A stretch of DNA of 64,000 nt. Source: Thermodesulfobacteriota bacterium (lineage in GTDB: Bacteria > Desulfobacterota_D > UBA1144 > Nemesobacterales > Nemesobacteraceae). Made by a program: the position numbers and the translations under genes. Positions 29,349 through 39,157 of this stretch are shown here, piece after piece. The notes below the pieces were generated by a model that did no database searches, had not been told where the DNA came from, and was given only the letters and a program-made list of their open reading frames with translations. Numbering within the stretch: position 1 is the first letter of the stretch; every line of letters begins with the position of its first letter. The stretch is from assembly GCA_965202785.1 (NCBI GenBank), contig OZ241855.1:320001-384000 (forward strand). The letters run 5' to 3'.

Positions 29349-29804
29349 ATGCGAGAACCACGAGACAAGGAAAAACCGGAAAAAACACTCGAGCGCTTCA
29401 ACAAGGAAGCGCTTGATTTCATGATTGAGAACCAGAGCAAAATCGCCTGCGCGATCGTTTACGCCCTGTCTCATCTGAACCAGCCGCTAATCGCCGGATA
29501 TCAGCGCTATTTCAACAATAACGTAATACTGAAATACGATTCAAAAGCCGTATTCGCCCATAACTCCGACCTCCCGGATTTTCTGTGCGCGTATTTCATT
29601 TTGGTGAGAAAACCGGACAAGGCCGACAAAAAGGAAATCATTGAAGACTCCAAGATATACGTCAACAATTTCCTGGAGTTCAACATGGAGATACTTTCCG
29701 GAATATCCTGCTTCATCTTTGACATAGAAAGCGGCGAGATAATCGAAAGATTCGACCGAGGGAAAAAGGAAAGCATGGAACCCGTCGAGTTTCTCAATAT
29801 CTGA
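29349..29804 (+). CDS. Hypothetical protein
   Basis: Fills the gap between rny and the convergent gene; AGGAGG upstream; no family recognised. Confidence 0.6.
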   Translation: MREPRDKEKPEKTLERFNKEALDFMIENQSKIACAIVYALSHLNQPLIAGYQRYFNNNVILKYDSKAVFAHNSDLPDFLCAYFILVRKPDKADKKEIIEDSKIYVNNFLEFNMEILSGISCFIFDIESGEIIERFDRGKKESMEPVEFLNI

Positions 29805-29836
29805 GCATTTCGCTCCCAAGACCTTGGGCATTGAAG

Positions 29837-31231
29837 CTAGACATGTTTAAGTGAATCGACAAGTGCCCCAAGCGGCTTATCAGCCCCGGAGAACCTGTCC
29901 TTGAAAGTTCCCCCGTTTTCAAGCTTGAGCACACCCCTAGGACACACGGCCGAGCACACTCCGCATCCAACACACGACGCTCTCACTATGTTTTCGCCCT
30001 TCTGAGCGTAAGCTCTGACATCTATGCCCATCTCGCAGTAAGTGGAACAGTTCCCGCACGACATGCACTGGTCGCCGTTTGTGGTAATCCTGAATCTTGA
30101 AAGATACCTCTGGAAAATCCCCAGAACAGCCGCCATAGGACAACCGAAGCGACACCACACCCTGCTTCCCATTATGGGGTAAAAACCCACGCCTATGACC
30201 CCGGAGAAAATGGCTCCTATATAAAATCCATACCATTTTTTAAGAGACATCGAGGCTTCTCCGAACACCGCCCCCGAGGTTGCGGAATTAACCCAGAGAA
30301 GAATCGTGGTAACGACGATAAACACAAGCACAGAATGCACGATCCAGCGCTCTATCCGCCACGCCTTTTTTGATTTGTCAGAAAGCTGCCTCCACGGATC
30401 TCCCATGGTTTCCGCAAGTCCCCCGCAGCCGCACACCCAGGAACAGTACCACCTCTTGCCGAAATAGTAGGTAAGAAGCGGAGTGGCGATGAAGGTCATC
30501 ACGGCTCCCCAGAAAATAAGGAACATTCCAAGTCCGCCGGGATGGTTAACAAAATAGCTTAAAGTGCCCGGGAACAAGTATTCAGGCTTAAGAGGCCAGA
30601 AGTAGCTTAGGTAGAACTCAGGCTGGTTAAACAGCATAAGTATGTTGGGAATAAGAAAAGCGAACCCAAGCTGGAAAAACATCACGGAAGCCGTTCTGAT
30701 CTTCTGGTAGCGGTTATGCCTGTATTTCATGAACATCCTTACTCCGAAGACGAAAACAGCTACGGTGTAGAGAAAACCGTAGAAAAACCAGTTGTTGGCC
30801 GGAGAACCTGAAAGGGCCTGAGAAAGCGGGTTTACGATCTTTATTCCACCCGCCAAGTATTCGGGAAACCAGTAGAGGGCTATGTAGAAACCGGTGAACA
30901 CAATACCAACAAGCCAGCCGAGAATTCCCTTGTTGATTACTCCCCTGAAGTAGATGTTATCATGCTTTATTCCCGGAACGGTGCCTTTAAAGTTAAGGTA
31001 GAAATAAAACGCCGTACCGAAGAAAACGGGAAGAAATACCAGAAGAAATCCGACCCAGGTACCGCCCGGAGGCATACCCATGGACTGAAGAGCAAACATC
31101 AGTATTCCGAAACCCAAAACGGCAAGAGAAAGCTTTTCTCCGGTTCCAAGCGGCTTGTCCGGGGCCTTCTCCGGTTCCTCAAAACCAAGGGTTTCTTCGT
31201 CAAAATCGTAATCTGTAATGTTTTCTTCCAT
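29837..31231 (-). CDS. Membrane polyferredoxin (4Fe-4S binding, NapH/YccM-like)
   Basis: Many TM helices; RWYCSWVCGCG, WCRFGCP, C..C..C...C twice. Confidence 0.85.
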   Translation of the reverse strand: MEENITDYDFDEETLGFEEPEKAPDKPLGTGEKLSLAVLGFGILMFALQSMGMPPGGTWVGFLLVFLPVFFGTAFYFYLNFKGTVPGIKHDNIYFRGVINKGILGWLVGIVFTGFYIALYWFPEYLAGGIKIVNPLSQALSGSPANNWFFYGFLYTVAVFVFGVRMFMKYRHNRYQKIRTASVMFFQLGFAFLIPNILMLFNQPEFYLSYFWPLKPEYLFPGTLSYFVNHPGGLGMFLIFWGAVMTFIATPLLTYYFGKRWYCSWVCGCGGLAETMGDPWRQLSDKSKKAWRIERWIVHSVLVFIVVTTILLWVNSATSGAVFGEASMSLKKWYGFYIGAIFSGVIGVGFYPIMGSRVWCRFGCPMAAVLGIFQRYLSRFRITTNGDQCMSCGNCSTYCEMGIDVRAYAQKGENIVRASCVGCGVCSAVCPRGVLKLENGGTFKDRFSGADKPLGALVDSLKHV

Positions 31232-32505
31232 CAGGCAGCCTGTTTCCTTATCTCCTTTATTATTTCCGCCTCGCATTTTTCGTAGAATTCCGGATCGAAA
31301 TTAGCATCCCCCAGATGATCGAGCACATAGTCAAGAGATCTCTTCTCCGCCACCCAGCTCTCGCAAACCCTGTGGCTGTAGCGAAGGCCCATAACGTTTA
31401 TGCCGCAGACGGCTCCGTCCTTTGTAACGATTCTTATCGAACGGCTGTGATCGGGATGCTCCCAGTATAAATTGTCCTCCCCTTGGGCGGGAACGTTTCT
31501 CACGGTACCGTAAGTCTGGTATTCAAGATCGAAGAATTTGGCCGAGTTATACCATATCCCAGGATCATACACGCTCTGTCGGCCGGCTATTACCTCTCCC
31601 GCCGCTTTTCCCTGGTTCTTGCCCGTGTACCAGACCTGCTGAATAAGGTTCCTCCCTTCCCCCTCGGTGATTATCTCAGCGCAGTCCCCGGCGGCAAACA
31701 CGTCCGGGGTATCGGTCTTGAAGCTCCAGTCAACCAGAATCCCCCTCCCTGTCTTTATCCCGCTTGCCTTGGCAAGGGCTATGTTGGGACTTACTCCCGC
31801 AGTGAGACCGACGATCTGGCATTCGATGAATTCCTCCTTGTTGGTTACAACTCCCCGCACTCTTCCCGAGTCGTTCCCTACTATTTCCTTAAGTTCCGTT
31901 AAGAGCTTGAGGTCGATTCCCTGCTCCAGAATCACGCGGTTTATCATCCGCGATTCCTCAATCGGAAGGACGTTAGTCCAGTAGGACTCTTCTCTCACCA
32001 GGAAAGTGACGTGGATATTGCGAGAATGGAGCATCTCCGCGAGTTCGATCCCGATCAGGCCTCCCCCGACGATAACGGCACTTCGAGCTCCCTTTACGTT
32101 CTCGTAAAGAAGCCTGAGATCCATAAGGCTGTAGAGCCCCTGTACTCCTCCGAGATCCTGGCCGGGCCACCCGAACTTGTTTGACTTGGACCCCGTGGCG
32201 ATAAGCAGCTTATCGAACGAAACGGGATCCTTTTCGTGCATAATGAGCTTCTTCCCGCCGGCATCGATTTCTGTAACCCAGCCCCGCAGGAGATCAATGC
32301 GGTTCTTTCTCCAGAGACTGTCCTCGTAGGGCTTGGTGTCCTTGTAGCTCATGTGGCCCATGAATATGTACATGAGCGCCGGGCGGGAATAGTGAAAAGA
32401 GGACTCCCCCGAGATCATGACGATCTCCCAGTCGGGCTGGAGCCTGCGTATACTCAGGGCGGCCGCAACACCCGTTACCCCATTTCCGATGATAGCCACG
32501 CGCAT
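31231..32505 (-). CDS. NAD(P)/FAD-dependent oxidoreductase (rubredoxin/ferredoxin reductase-like)
   Basis: GNGVTG, YSRP, IATGS, GGGLIG.E, AAGDCAE. Confidence 0.88.
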   Translation of the reverse strand: MRVAIIGNGVTGVAAALSIRRLQPDWEIVMISGESSFHYSRPALMYIFMGHMSYKDTKPYEDSLWRKNRIDLLRGWVTEIDAGGKKLIMHEKDPVSFDKLLIATGSKSNKFGWPGQDLGGVQGLYSLMDLRLLYENVKGARSAVIVGGGLIGIELAEMLHSRNIHVTFLVREESYWTNVLPIEESRMINRVILEQGIDLKLLTELKEIVGNDSGRVRGVVTNKEEFIECQIVGLTAGVSPNIALAKASGIKTGRGILVDWSFKTDTPDVFAAGDCAEIITEGEGRNLIQQVWYTGKNQGKAAGEVIAGRQSVYDPGIWYNSAKFFDLEYQTYGTVRNVPAQGEDNLYWEHPDHSRSIRIVTKDGAVCGINVMGLRYSHRVCESWVAEKRSLDYVLDHLGDANFDPEFYEKCEAEIIKEIRKQAA

Positions 32506-32560
32506 GGCTGGTTCTCTCCTCTGCCAAAAACCGAGTTAAGCTCTACGCACAGGGCAGATG

Positions 32561-33895
32561 CTACTTTTCGAACCGCTCTCTCTGATCCGGATTGTTCTCG
32601 AGAAAAGCTTGCAGATGCCTGTCCGAATAGGACCCCTTCGGGTAGTACTGGTCGTAGAAATCCACGTCTATGTGCATCGCCTGAAAAACTAATCTCATGT
32701 ACATGGGATCGATAAACGCGGGAAATCTGCCGTAAGTGTCATAAATGTAGTTCGCGACATCCCTTACAATCTGTATGGTGGTCTCCGTCGGCCTCGGGGC
32801 CTTCATGAGATGCCTGTCGGGTTCCGTATAAGGAAAAGGCTTGTCGGATTCCCACGCTTTCCACTTGTGGGCCAGGAAGTGATCGATCGCATCATCCATG
32901 TTCTCGTAGTAAGGCGGGCAGTAGGCTTCAAAAACCCCGTCCTTTCCCACGGGAACGGTAGTGGGAGGATCGATCGTACCCTTTTTCGGCTGGATGAACC
33001 GGAATCCGAGCCCTTTGAACAGGTTCGGGGCGGCTCCCATGGCAAATCTCGGTATGAAGCCCGTAAACGCCCATCCGGCAAGTCCCAGAGGCTGGAGGGC
33101 AAGGGCCATGTTCTGCGTAATAAACGCCTGCTCAACGTTAAGTCCCGTTAGGATTCTTACCTCAAGGTCAAACAGAGAAAGCTTGATTTCACCCTTGAGT
33201 CTGCCACTCTCCACCCACTTCTCAACGCCCGCGGGCTTCCCGGTAAGATCGTCGATAATCGTGAATCCGTAGCTGTGAGCACAGTAAAGGGTAAGAAGAT
33301 TCAGGTACTCCTCGGTAACGTCGGTGACCGGAACGAAAAGCGTGGAGCCGGGCTTGTTTGCATTCCACTGGTTAAACTCGAAAAGCCCCGGCATCTTATC
33401 GGGCATGTCGGCCCTTCCGTCCTCAAGCTTGTTAAGGCTTTCCCTGTAAAGTTCCAGGACTCTTGCGATTTTTTCCTCGCGGGAGAGCTTGAAAAACAGA
33501 TCGATCTCATGCTCCTTGGGAAGCATGTTCTTCACGTCCACGTGGTAAAGACCGTTGTCGTTTGTGAAAAAAAGCTCGGTCCCGTGGTTGTTGCACGCAG
33601 AAGGCCAGGTTCTTCCCGTCCACTGGCAGAGAAGGTCTATCCCGTTCTCCGGCGGCAGGTCGGCTAGGCAAAGCCCGGTGAGCCCCGTTCCGGCCCACAC
33701 CAGAAGCGCTTCCTCCACCTCGGTAAGGGGTATGGGATCGTATTTCGACTTGAACTCAAGGGTGCTGTCCTTAAGCTCCATTCCAAGACCGAATCTTCTT
33801 GAGCGCCTGTTGAATATGGAATCGAAAAGCGGGTACTTAAGCGCTTCCTCAATTCTCTCGTTCAGAACCGTTTTGTCGAGTTTGCCGTTTTTCAT
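32561..33895 (-). CDS. Uncharacterised protein, probable nitroreductase-like fold
   Basis: RRSRRF, RTWPSACN..GTELF, QNMAL..Q.LGLAGW; ATG after AGGAG. Confidence 0.6.
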   Translation of the reverse strand: MKNGKLDKTVLNERIEEALKYPLFDSIFNRRSRRFGLGMELKDSTLEFKSKYDPIPLTEVEEALLVWAGTGLTGLCLADLPPENGIDLLCQWTGRTWPSACNNHGTELFFTNDNGLYHVDVKNMLPKEHEIDLFFKLSREEKIARVLELYRESLNKLEDGRADMPDKMPGLFEFNQWNANKPGSTLFVPVTDVTEEYLNLLTLYCAHSYGFTIIDDLTGKPAGVEKWVESGRLKGEIKLSLFDLEVRILTGLNVEQAFITQNMALALQPLGLAGWAFTGFIPRFAMGAAPNLFKGLGFRFIQPKKGTIDPPTTVPVGKDGVFEAYCPPYYENMDDAIDHFLAHKWKAWESDKPFPYTEPDRHLMKAPRPTETTIQIVRDVANYIYDTYGRFPAFIDPMYMRLVFQAMHIDVDFYDQYYPKGSYSDRHLQAFLENNPDQRERFEK

Positions 33896-33947
33896 CGTTT
33901 GAATCTCCTTGAGTCTGGTTGAGTAATAAAGTGAAGTATACCAAAAA

Positions 33948-34337
33948 TCAGGCGGTTTTTCCCCTCTTGAAATCCCTTGCCCATGATTTGAGGGTTTCAA
34001 GGGCGAGGCGACTGCACTTCGGGCGGGTTACCATGATGTCCTTGCCAAGAAGTCCCTTGAGGTAGTCGGAGTCGAGTTCTCTGAGCTGCTCCACGGTCTG
34101 TCCCTTTAGAAATTCCGTAAGAAGGGAAGCCGCGGCCTGGCTTATCGTGCAGCCTTCCCCGTCAAAACTTATATCTTCTATGACGTCCCCGGCGGCTGTG
34201 CGAATATAGATATTCAGCGTGTCTCCGCAATTCGGGTTGCCACCCCTAAGCGTCACCGTGGGGTCCTCAAGCGGGCCGAAATTCCTCGGATTTTCGTAGT
34301 GATCCATGATCATTTTCATTCTTTCTTCTTCAATCAT
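33948..34337 (-). CDS. SufU/NifU-type Fe-S scaffold or sulfur acceptor
   Basis: DHY.NPRN.G, NP.CGD, G.GC.ISQA.AS, R.KC; no LPPVK motif. Confidence 0.88.
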   Translation of the reverse strand: MIEEERMKMIMDHYENPRNFGPLEDPTVTLRGGNPNCGDTLNIYIRTAAGDVIEDISFDGEGCTISQAAASLLTEFLKGQTVEQLRELDSDYLKGLLGKDIMVTRPKCSRLALETLKSWARDFKRGKTA

Positions 34338-34759
34338 GTGACCGCTCCGTGCCTTTTTACCTCGCTTTTTATCCTCGCGTAGACCGCGCTTAGACCCCTT
34401 ACCCTTCTTATACCAAGTTTTTGGGCCAGTCCGAGCTGGGAGATAAAGTCCACCGGCGCGGATTCGATCTCCTCAGGACTCAGGCCGTCAAAGGCGCTCA
34501 CAAGAATCGACACAAGCCCCCTTACCGTCGGAAACGGTTCCGGGACATCGGCGAATATGCGTACCTTGCCGCCTTCCATCTCGACCCAGATAAAGACCGG
34601 AGTTTCGCACTCATGCACTTGGTGAAGGTCTCTGTCCACGTGCTCGGCGAACCTACTTGGAATCTCGGGAAGGTCTTCCGAATAATCTATCAGGAGCTCT
34701 ATCATTTCCTGACGGTCTGCCCCTCGGAATTCACTGACTATTTCCTCTACGCTGGCCAT
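34334..34759 (-). CDS. sufE: SufE-family sulfur acceptor
   Basis: V.ECETPVF, TVRG..SIL, G.SP.EI, R..GL. Confidence 0.85.
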   Translation of the reverse strand: MASVEEIVSEFRGADRQEMIELLIDYSEDLPEIPSRFAEHVDRDLHQVHECETPVFIWVEMEGGKVRIFADVPEPFPTVRGLVSILVSAFDGLSPEEIESAPVDFISQLGLAQKLGIRRVRGLSAVYARIKSEVKRHGAVT

Positions 34760-34773
34760 TTCCCCTCAATTTC

Positions 34774-34810
34774 AAAAAAAAGGATGCGGACCCTCAAGAC
34801 CACATCCTTT
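34774..34810 (-). terminator. Intrinsic terminator after the sulfurtransferase gene
   Basis: Minus strand GGATGTGG-N10-CCGCATCC followed by T8. Confidence 0.65.
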
Positions 34811-34838
34811 CTCATTCACGCAAAAACGTTTCTCCTTA

Positions 34839-35681
34839 TTATTTTTCTATCGGAGCCCTTACGAGGTTCCCCCACTCGGTCCACGAACCGTCGTAATTCC
34901 TGACGTTCTCAAACCCGAGAAGATAAGTAAGAACAAACCAGGTGTGAGAAGAGCGCTCCCCTATCCTGCAGTAGGCAATCACGTCCTGATCCTTGCTTAG
35001 CCCCTGCCCCTTTTCGTATATCTCGACAAGCTCATCGGCCGAGCGAAAAGTTCCATCCTCATTTGCGGCCGTAGCCCAAGGGACGTTTACCGCACCCGGA
35101 ATATGTCCTCCGCGAAGGGCGCCTTCCTGAGGGTAAGCCTCCATGTGAAGAAGTTCTCCCGAATATTCCTTCGGGGAACGGACATCGACGAGCGGCTTGT
35201 CCGAGTTCATGTGTCCGAGAACATCGTCGCGAAAAGCCCTTATCGACTCATCAACCACCGACACCTTGTAATCGGTTTTCGGCCTTTCGGGAACCTCTTT
35301 TACAAGATCTCTTCCCTCGTCAACCCATTTCTGCCTGCCGCCATCCATTATAAGGCACTTTTCATGTCCAAGAACCTTGAAGGTCCAGAACGCGTAGCAG
35401 GCCCACCAGTTGCTCCTGTCCCCGTAGAAGACCACCATGTGGTCGTTTGAAATGCCTTTTTCCGAAAGCAGCACCTCGAAATCCTCCTTGCTCACGTAGT
35501 CCCTTATGAGCTGATCCTGAAGCTCGGTCTGCCAGTCGAATTTTACTGAATTTCTTATGTGTCCTATCTCGTAAAGCAGTATGTCCTCATCCGATTCCAC
35601 TATAACGATATCGGGGTCGTTTATATGCTCCTCTACCCAGTCCGTGCTCACCAGAACGTCCGGGTTCGCGTAATCCGCCAT
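34839..35681 (-). CDS. Tandem-domain rhodanese / thiosulfate sulfurtransferase (SseA/CysA type)
   Basis: [33 protein letters not shown]. Confidence 0.93.
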   Translation of the reverse strand: MADYANPDVLVSTDWVEEHINDPDIVIVESDEDILLYEIGHIRNSVKFDWQTELQDQLIRDYVSKEDFEVLLSEKGISNDHMVVFYGDRSNWWACYAFWTFKVLGHEKCLIMDGGRQKWVDEGRDLVKEVPERPKTDYKVSVVDESIRAFRDDVLGHMNSDKPLVDVRSPKEYSGELLHMEAYPQEGALRGGHIPGAVNVPWATAANEDGTFRSADELVEIYEKGQGLSKDQDVIAYCRIGERSSHTWFVLTYLLGFENVRNYDGSWTEWGNLVRAPIEK

Positions 35682-35809
35682 GTGTAAAACCTCCATTCGG
35701 CCACGTAGTTCCGCAACCTTTTACGATATCAAGGAATTATAAATACAGGGAACCGGGTTTTCAAGAAAGCGGCCAAGGACGACGATGGTTCTGCGGAAAA
35801 CCTGATTTT

Positions 35810-38683
35810 TCAGAGGGCCGGTTTCTCCGAAGAGCGTCTTTTAATCAAGACGGCCGCAAGAAGCGCGAACACAGCGAGAAACAGGCTGAACGCACTGCCG
35901 CCCGCATCTCCTCTGACGGCGCAGCCTCCGCCGCCGCTTCCACCCCGCTCCACACGGTAGCCGGAACCCACTATGTATACGCGGTCTCCATCATCCGAAG
36001 CAATCTCCACCCTCGCGGAGTAACCCCTTATGAGAGAATCGTCCTCTGTATACTGGACGACCTCTTCTCCGGCCCTCCCTATAATAAGATTCCTTACGTG
36101 TGCCTTTCCGTATTCGCTTGCCTGCTCCCTGCTCCTGTCCCCTCCGTGGAATATCACTCTTCCCGTCTCATCCATGATGTAGATGTAGACGTCCCCCTCT
36201 CTCCACGGCTCCATCCTCAGTATCCCGCGAAGCTGCGCGGGATCCGCATCATCCTCGATGGCCTGCCCGATGGATGTTTCCGCGTCCCCGACAAAGTCAA
36301 TTAATTCACTGTCGGTGTTCACATCCCCGGCTTCGGGAGTGGGATCTCCGATATCCGGGTTCCCGGGGAAATCACTGCTCTCGGGAGACCCGTCGTAACC
36401 TCCGAGCAGTATGAACTCTTCCTCTCCATTTGTAAGGGGAACATGGGAGGCGGTAAACCGGTGAGCGTAACCTCCTCCATCTATCAGGCATCCCCGATCA
36501 CTGCCGAGATCAATAACGGGTTCTTCATCGTCGCAGAGAATCCCAGACCAGTTGAGGTCTTCTTTTGTCCTGTCTTCCGCGTGGAAGTACACCCCGCCTT
36601 GTCCGGTGAGAAGAACGAGGTATGTTCTGCCGTCTCTCCAGCTTCCATTTTCGTTCCTGAACTCCTCAAGGAGCGCCAGGGTATCGCCGAAGCTCTCCTT
36701 GCCGGCGATTTCCTCCGCGGCGCACTCAACAAAATTACCGATGGGGCCGGAAACAGAACATATTTCTTCTCCCGGTTCTTCTTCCGGTTCCTGCTGCGCC
36801 GGAGGCAAACCGCCTCCACCACCGCCACCGCCGCCTCCGCCTCCAGTCGGTCCGGTCGGCGCGTCGTTACGTGGCGGGTCGTTACGTGACCCGTCATCGT
36901 CGGTCACATTCACAGTCACCACGGCCTGTAACCCGGAGTAGTAGGGGTCATTCGAGGCGGCCGTCATCCTGATGGTCGCCACGCGTTGGCCTTCATTGTT
37001 GATGTTGTCGTTCTTCCCCGTCACCGTCACCTGCTGCTCCATGTTCCAGTTGCCGGTCGTGAACGTAAGCGAGGTCGGACTGATCGTCTCGATAGCCTGG
37101 TCGGGATCGGAGGATGTGAGCGTAACCCTTACGTCGGCGGTCGGCTCCCTGTTAAGCTTCACACGGAAGGTCCCCATGCCGCCGGCCTCCCCCACCGTCA
37201 GAGTCGAGGAGCTAACCGTGATCTTCGGAGTCGCCCCCTCAGTCCGGAACGTCTGGCTCGTCAGCTCCACCGAGCATCCGCTGTCCGCGTACGCCGTCAA
37301 GGAGTAATCCGTTCCGGGGGTCAGGCCGGTGAAACTGACGGCGCTGTCATTATCCTCCTCGCAGGAACCCGACAACGGCCCCGTGTAGTACCAGGGCCTG
37401 TGGAAGAAATTGCTGAGCTGCACTGTAGCCCCGTTTTCAGAGATACTCATGACAGTCAGGGCGGGCGGGTTGGCGTCCTCCGTGGTGAACGTCACGCTCG
37501 CAAGCTCAACGCTCGGAATCTCACCATCCGTGCATAGACCCTTATAGGCCGTCCAGGTATAACTCGTGTTGCGTTTCAGTCCCGTTAGGGGTATGGGCTC
37601 CGAAACGGGGCCGGCCGAGGTGCAGGGGCCCGTGGCCGGCGAGGTCTGCCGGTACCTCCAGTAATAGTCACCGACGTAGGGTAACGTCATAAACGCCCCT
37701 GACGACCATTTCCGATCCACCGTCAGGGCGGGTCCGATCAGACTGGTATCTTCGGCGGAAGAATCCGGAACTTCGTTGCCGTCTCGGTCAATCGCCTCCA
37801 CACGCACCGTGTAATAGGTGAGCCACAACATCGGGTTTCCACTACCGTCCTCCTGGGTGATGGTGTAGGAATTGCCCTTGATCCCTGAAACAAACCAATA
37901 TCCGGGATCAGGCTGCCCAGGCCGCTCCCAACGCACGTTGTAACTGGCGGCGCCCGGAACCGTGCCCCAATCGACCCGAAGGCCGCCGCTTACAGGTGTC
38001 AAGTCCATACCCGGGGCCCTACGGCCGTTGACGCGGATCGTGAGCGGGGGCGGGGATCCATCTCCGATGCTCCATCCTGCCTCCGCGCCCGCGTCTTCGC
38101 CGTTGTTCGAGGCCCGTCTCCACCTCAGGCCGGCGTGGCGGTCGGTCGTGAGTCTCAGGTTGTAGGCGGTGCCGGGCTTGAGATAGGTGCCGGCCGGCGC
38201 CGCGAAGGCCACCGTCTGAGTGGACGAGAAGGCGCCCCCCGGCGTGGCCGGGAGCGCCAGGTCGGCGACCTTCGTACTCCCTTCGCGAAGCTCCGCCCTG
38301 ATCGCGCCGAAATGCTGAGTCGATACCTGGAACGCCCGGATCTCGACATCCTCCAAGATGTAACCCCCTGGCCAGCTTCCGGTCGTGAAAGACTGGGTTC
38401 CAGAGGTATTTAAGTTCAAGGTCAGGTTGTTTATTCCGTGCTGGCGGCCGAAGTTGCTCACCAGCACGTCGGCGCTGGCAATGTCCGGAGCGGCACCGAG
38501 AGCGGCCGTCGCGAGGATGAGGACGGCCAGGGCGCGGACATGCCGCCTGGCGGAATTATGGAAGCGGGACGGCCGAGACGGAGGGTTCAGGCAGTCATTC
38601 GGTTCCGCAGGTGCCGACCCTTGTCGGGGCAGGAATTTCCTTAACCCGGCCGCGAGAAAGGAGAACAGCCCGCAAACCCTCAT
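35810..38683 (-). CDS. Large secreted surface protein (FN3-like, Calx-beta/Ig-like and Cache-like repeats; GGGGC-TM-KR tail)
   Basis: Signal peptide ending ASA|DV; VSN..SFTTG domain; FN3-like W..V.GA.SY.V.W and L.PGT.Y; LTFT..NWN..Q.VTV; Gly/Pro linker; C-terminal anchor. Confidence 0.8.
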   Translation of the reverse strand: MRVCGLFSFLAAGLRKFLPRQGSAPAEPNDCLNPPSRPSRFHNSARRHVRALAVLILATAALGAAPDIASADVLVSNFGRQHGINNLTLNLNTSGTQSFTTGSWPGGYILEDVEIRAFQVSTQHFGAIRAELREGSTKVADLALPATPGGAFSSTQTVAFAAPAGTYLKPGTAYNLRLTTDRHAGLRWRRASNNGEDAGAEAGWSIGDGSPPPLTIRVNGRRAPGMDLTPVSGGLRVDWGTVPGAASYNVRWERPGQPDPGYWFVSGIKGNSYTITQEDGSGNPMLWLTYYTVRVEAIDRDGNEVPDSSAEDTSLIGPALTVDRKWSSGAFMTLPYVGDYYWRYRQTSPATGPCTSAGPVSEPIPLTGLKRNTSYTWTAYKGLCTDGEIPSVELASVTFTTEDANPPALTVMSISENGATVQLSNFFHRPWYYTGPLSGSCEEDNDSAVSFTGLTPGTDYSLTAYADSGCSVELTSQTFRTEGATPKITVSSSTLTVGEAGGMGTFRVKLNREPTADVRVTLTSSDPDQAIETISPTSLTFTTGNWNMEQQVTVTGKNDNINNEGQRVATIRMTAASNDPYYSGLQAVVTVNVTDDDGSRNDPPRNDAPTGPTGGGGGGGGGGGGLPPAQQEPEEEPGEEICSVSGPIGNFVECAAEEIAGKESFGDTLALLEEFRNENGSWRDGRTYLVLLTGQGGVYFHAEDRTKEDLNWSGILCDDEEPVIDLGSDRGCLIDGGGYAHRFTASHVPLTNGEEEFILLGGYDGSPESSDFPGNPDIGDPTPEAGDVNTDSELIDFVGDAETSIGQAIEDDADPAQLRGILRMEPWREGDVYIYIMDETGRVIFHGGDRSREQASEYGKAHVRNLIIGRAGEEVVQYTEDDSLIRGYSARVEIASDDGDRVYIVGSGYRVERGGSGGGGCAVRGDAGGSAFSLFLAVFALLAAVLIKRRSSEKPAL

Positions 38684-38684
38684 A

Positions 38685-38695
38685 CCCCCCCCCCC
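38685..38695 (-). repeat. G11 homopolymer immediately upstream of the surface-protein ATG
   Basis: 11 consecutive C on the + strand. Confidence 0.9.
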
Positions 38696-38786
38696 ATTTT
38701 TTACTCATGAAGGGATCTTTACGGTTCACGGCTTCGGGCCTCCTTTTTTCAGATGATTAAGTATAGCACCAGATAGTTAGTACTAT

Positions 38787-38816
38787 ATTATCATAAATCG
38801 GACCGGTCGTTGTCAA
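38787..38816 (-). promoter_or_regulatory. Candidate sigma70 promoter for the surface protein
   Basis: TTGACA-N18-GATAAT on the minus strand. Confidence 0.45.
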
Positions 38817-39157
38817 TAAGATTTTGGGGCTCAGGTTTCCGTAACGATGGCGGACGCGGTGCGTCATCAGCCCGTATCCCGGCAAACCGATGGGAATTCG
38901 GCCCAATTCAGACAGAATGCGTCTCCGATTTCCCGCAATCCGGGTTCGGGGTGGAATTTTCGGTTTCCGGCGTGAATCAGCTGGCTTTTCCGGAAATCCG
39001 GGGGGGAATTTTTCTATCAGCTGCGAAAACCCTTGACCGTATAGGCACTCCCAACATCGCAAATGGCTCCAGAGACCGCCGACCCCGTAGGAAACTTGAT
39101 TTTCGGGGATGGTTGCGTGATAATTTCTTCGTACGCACAGTCTCAGGAAACCTTAAA

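Noticed and set aside
36809-36890. CCG/CCA/CCT triplet run and the GTCGTTACGTG duplicate
   Set aside because: Encode a poly-Gly/Pro linker with mixed codons; not CRISPR or a pure microsatellite
38820-39150. Long intergenic region with overlapping short ORFs
   Set aside because: No recognisable RNA family, repeat or protein motif
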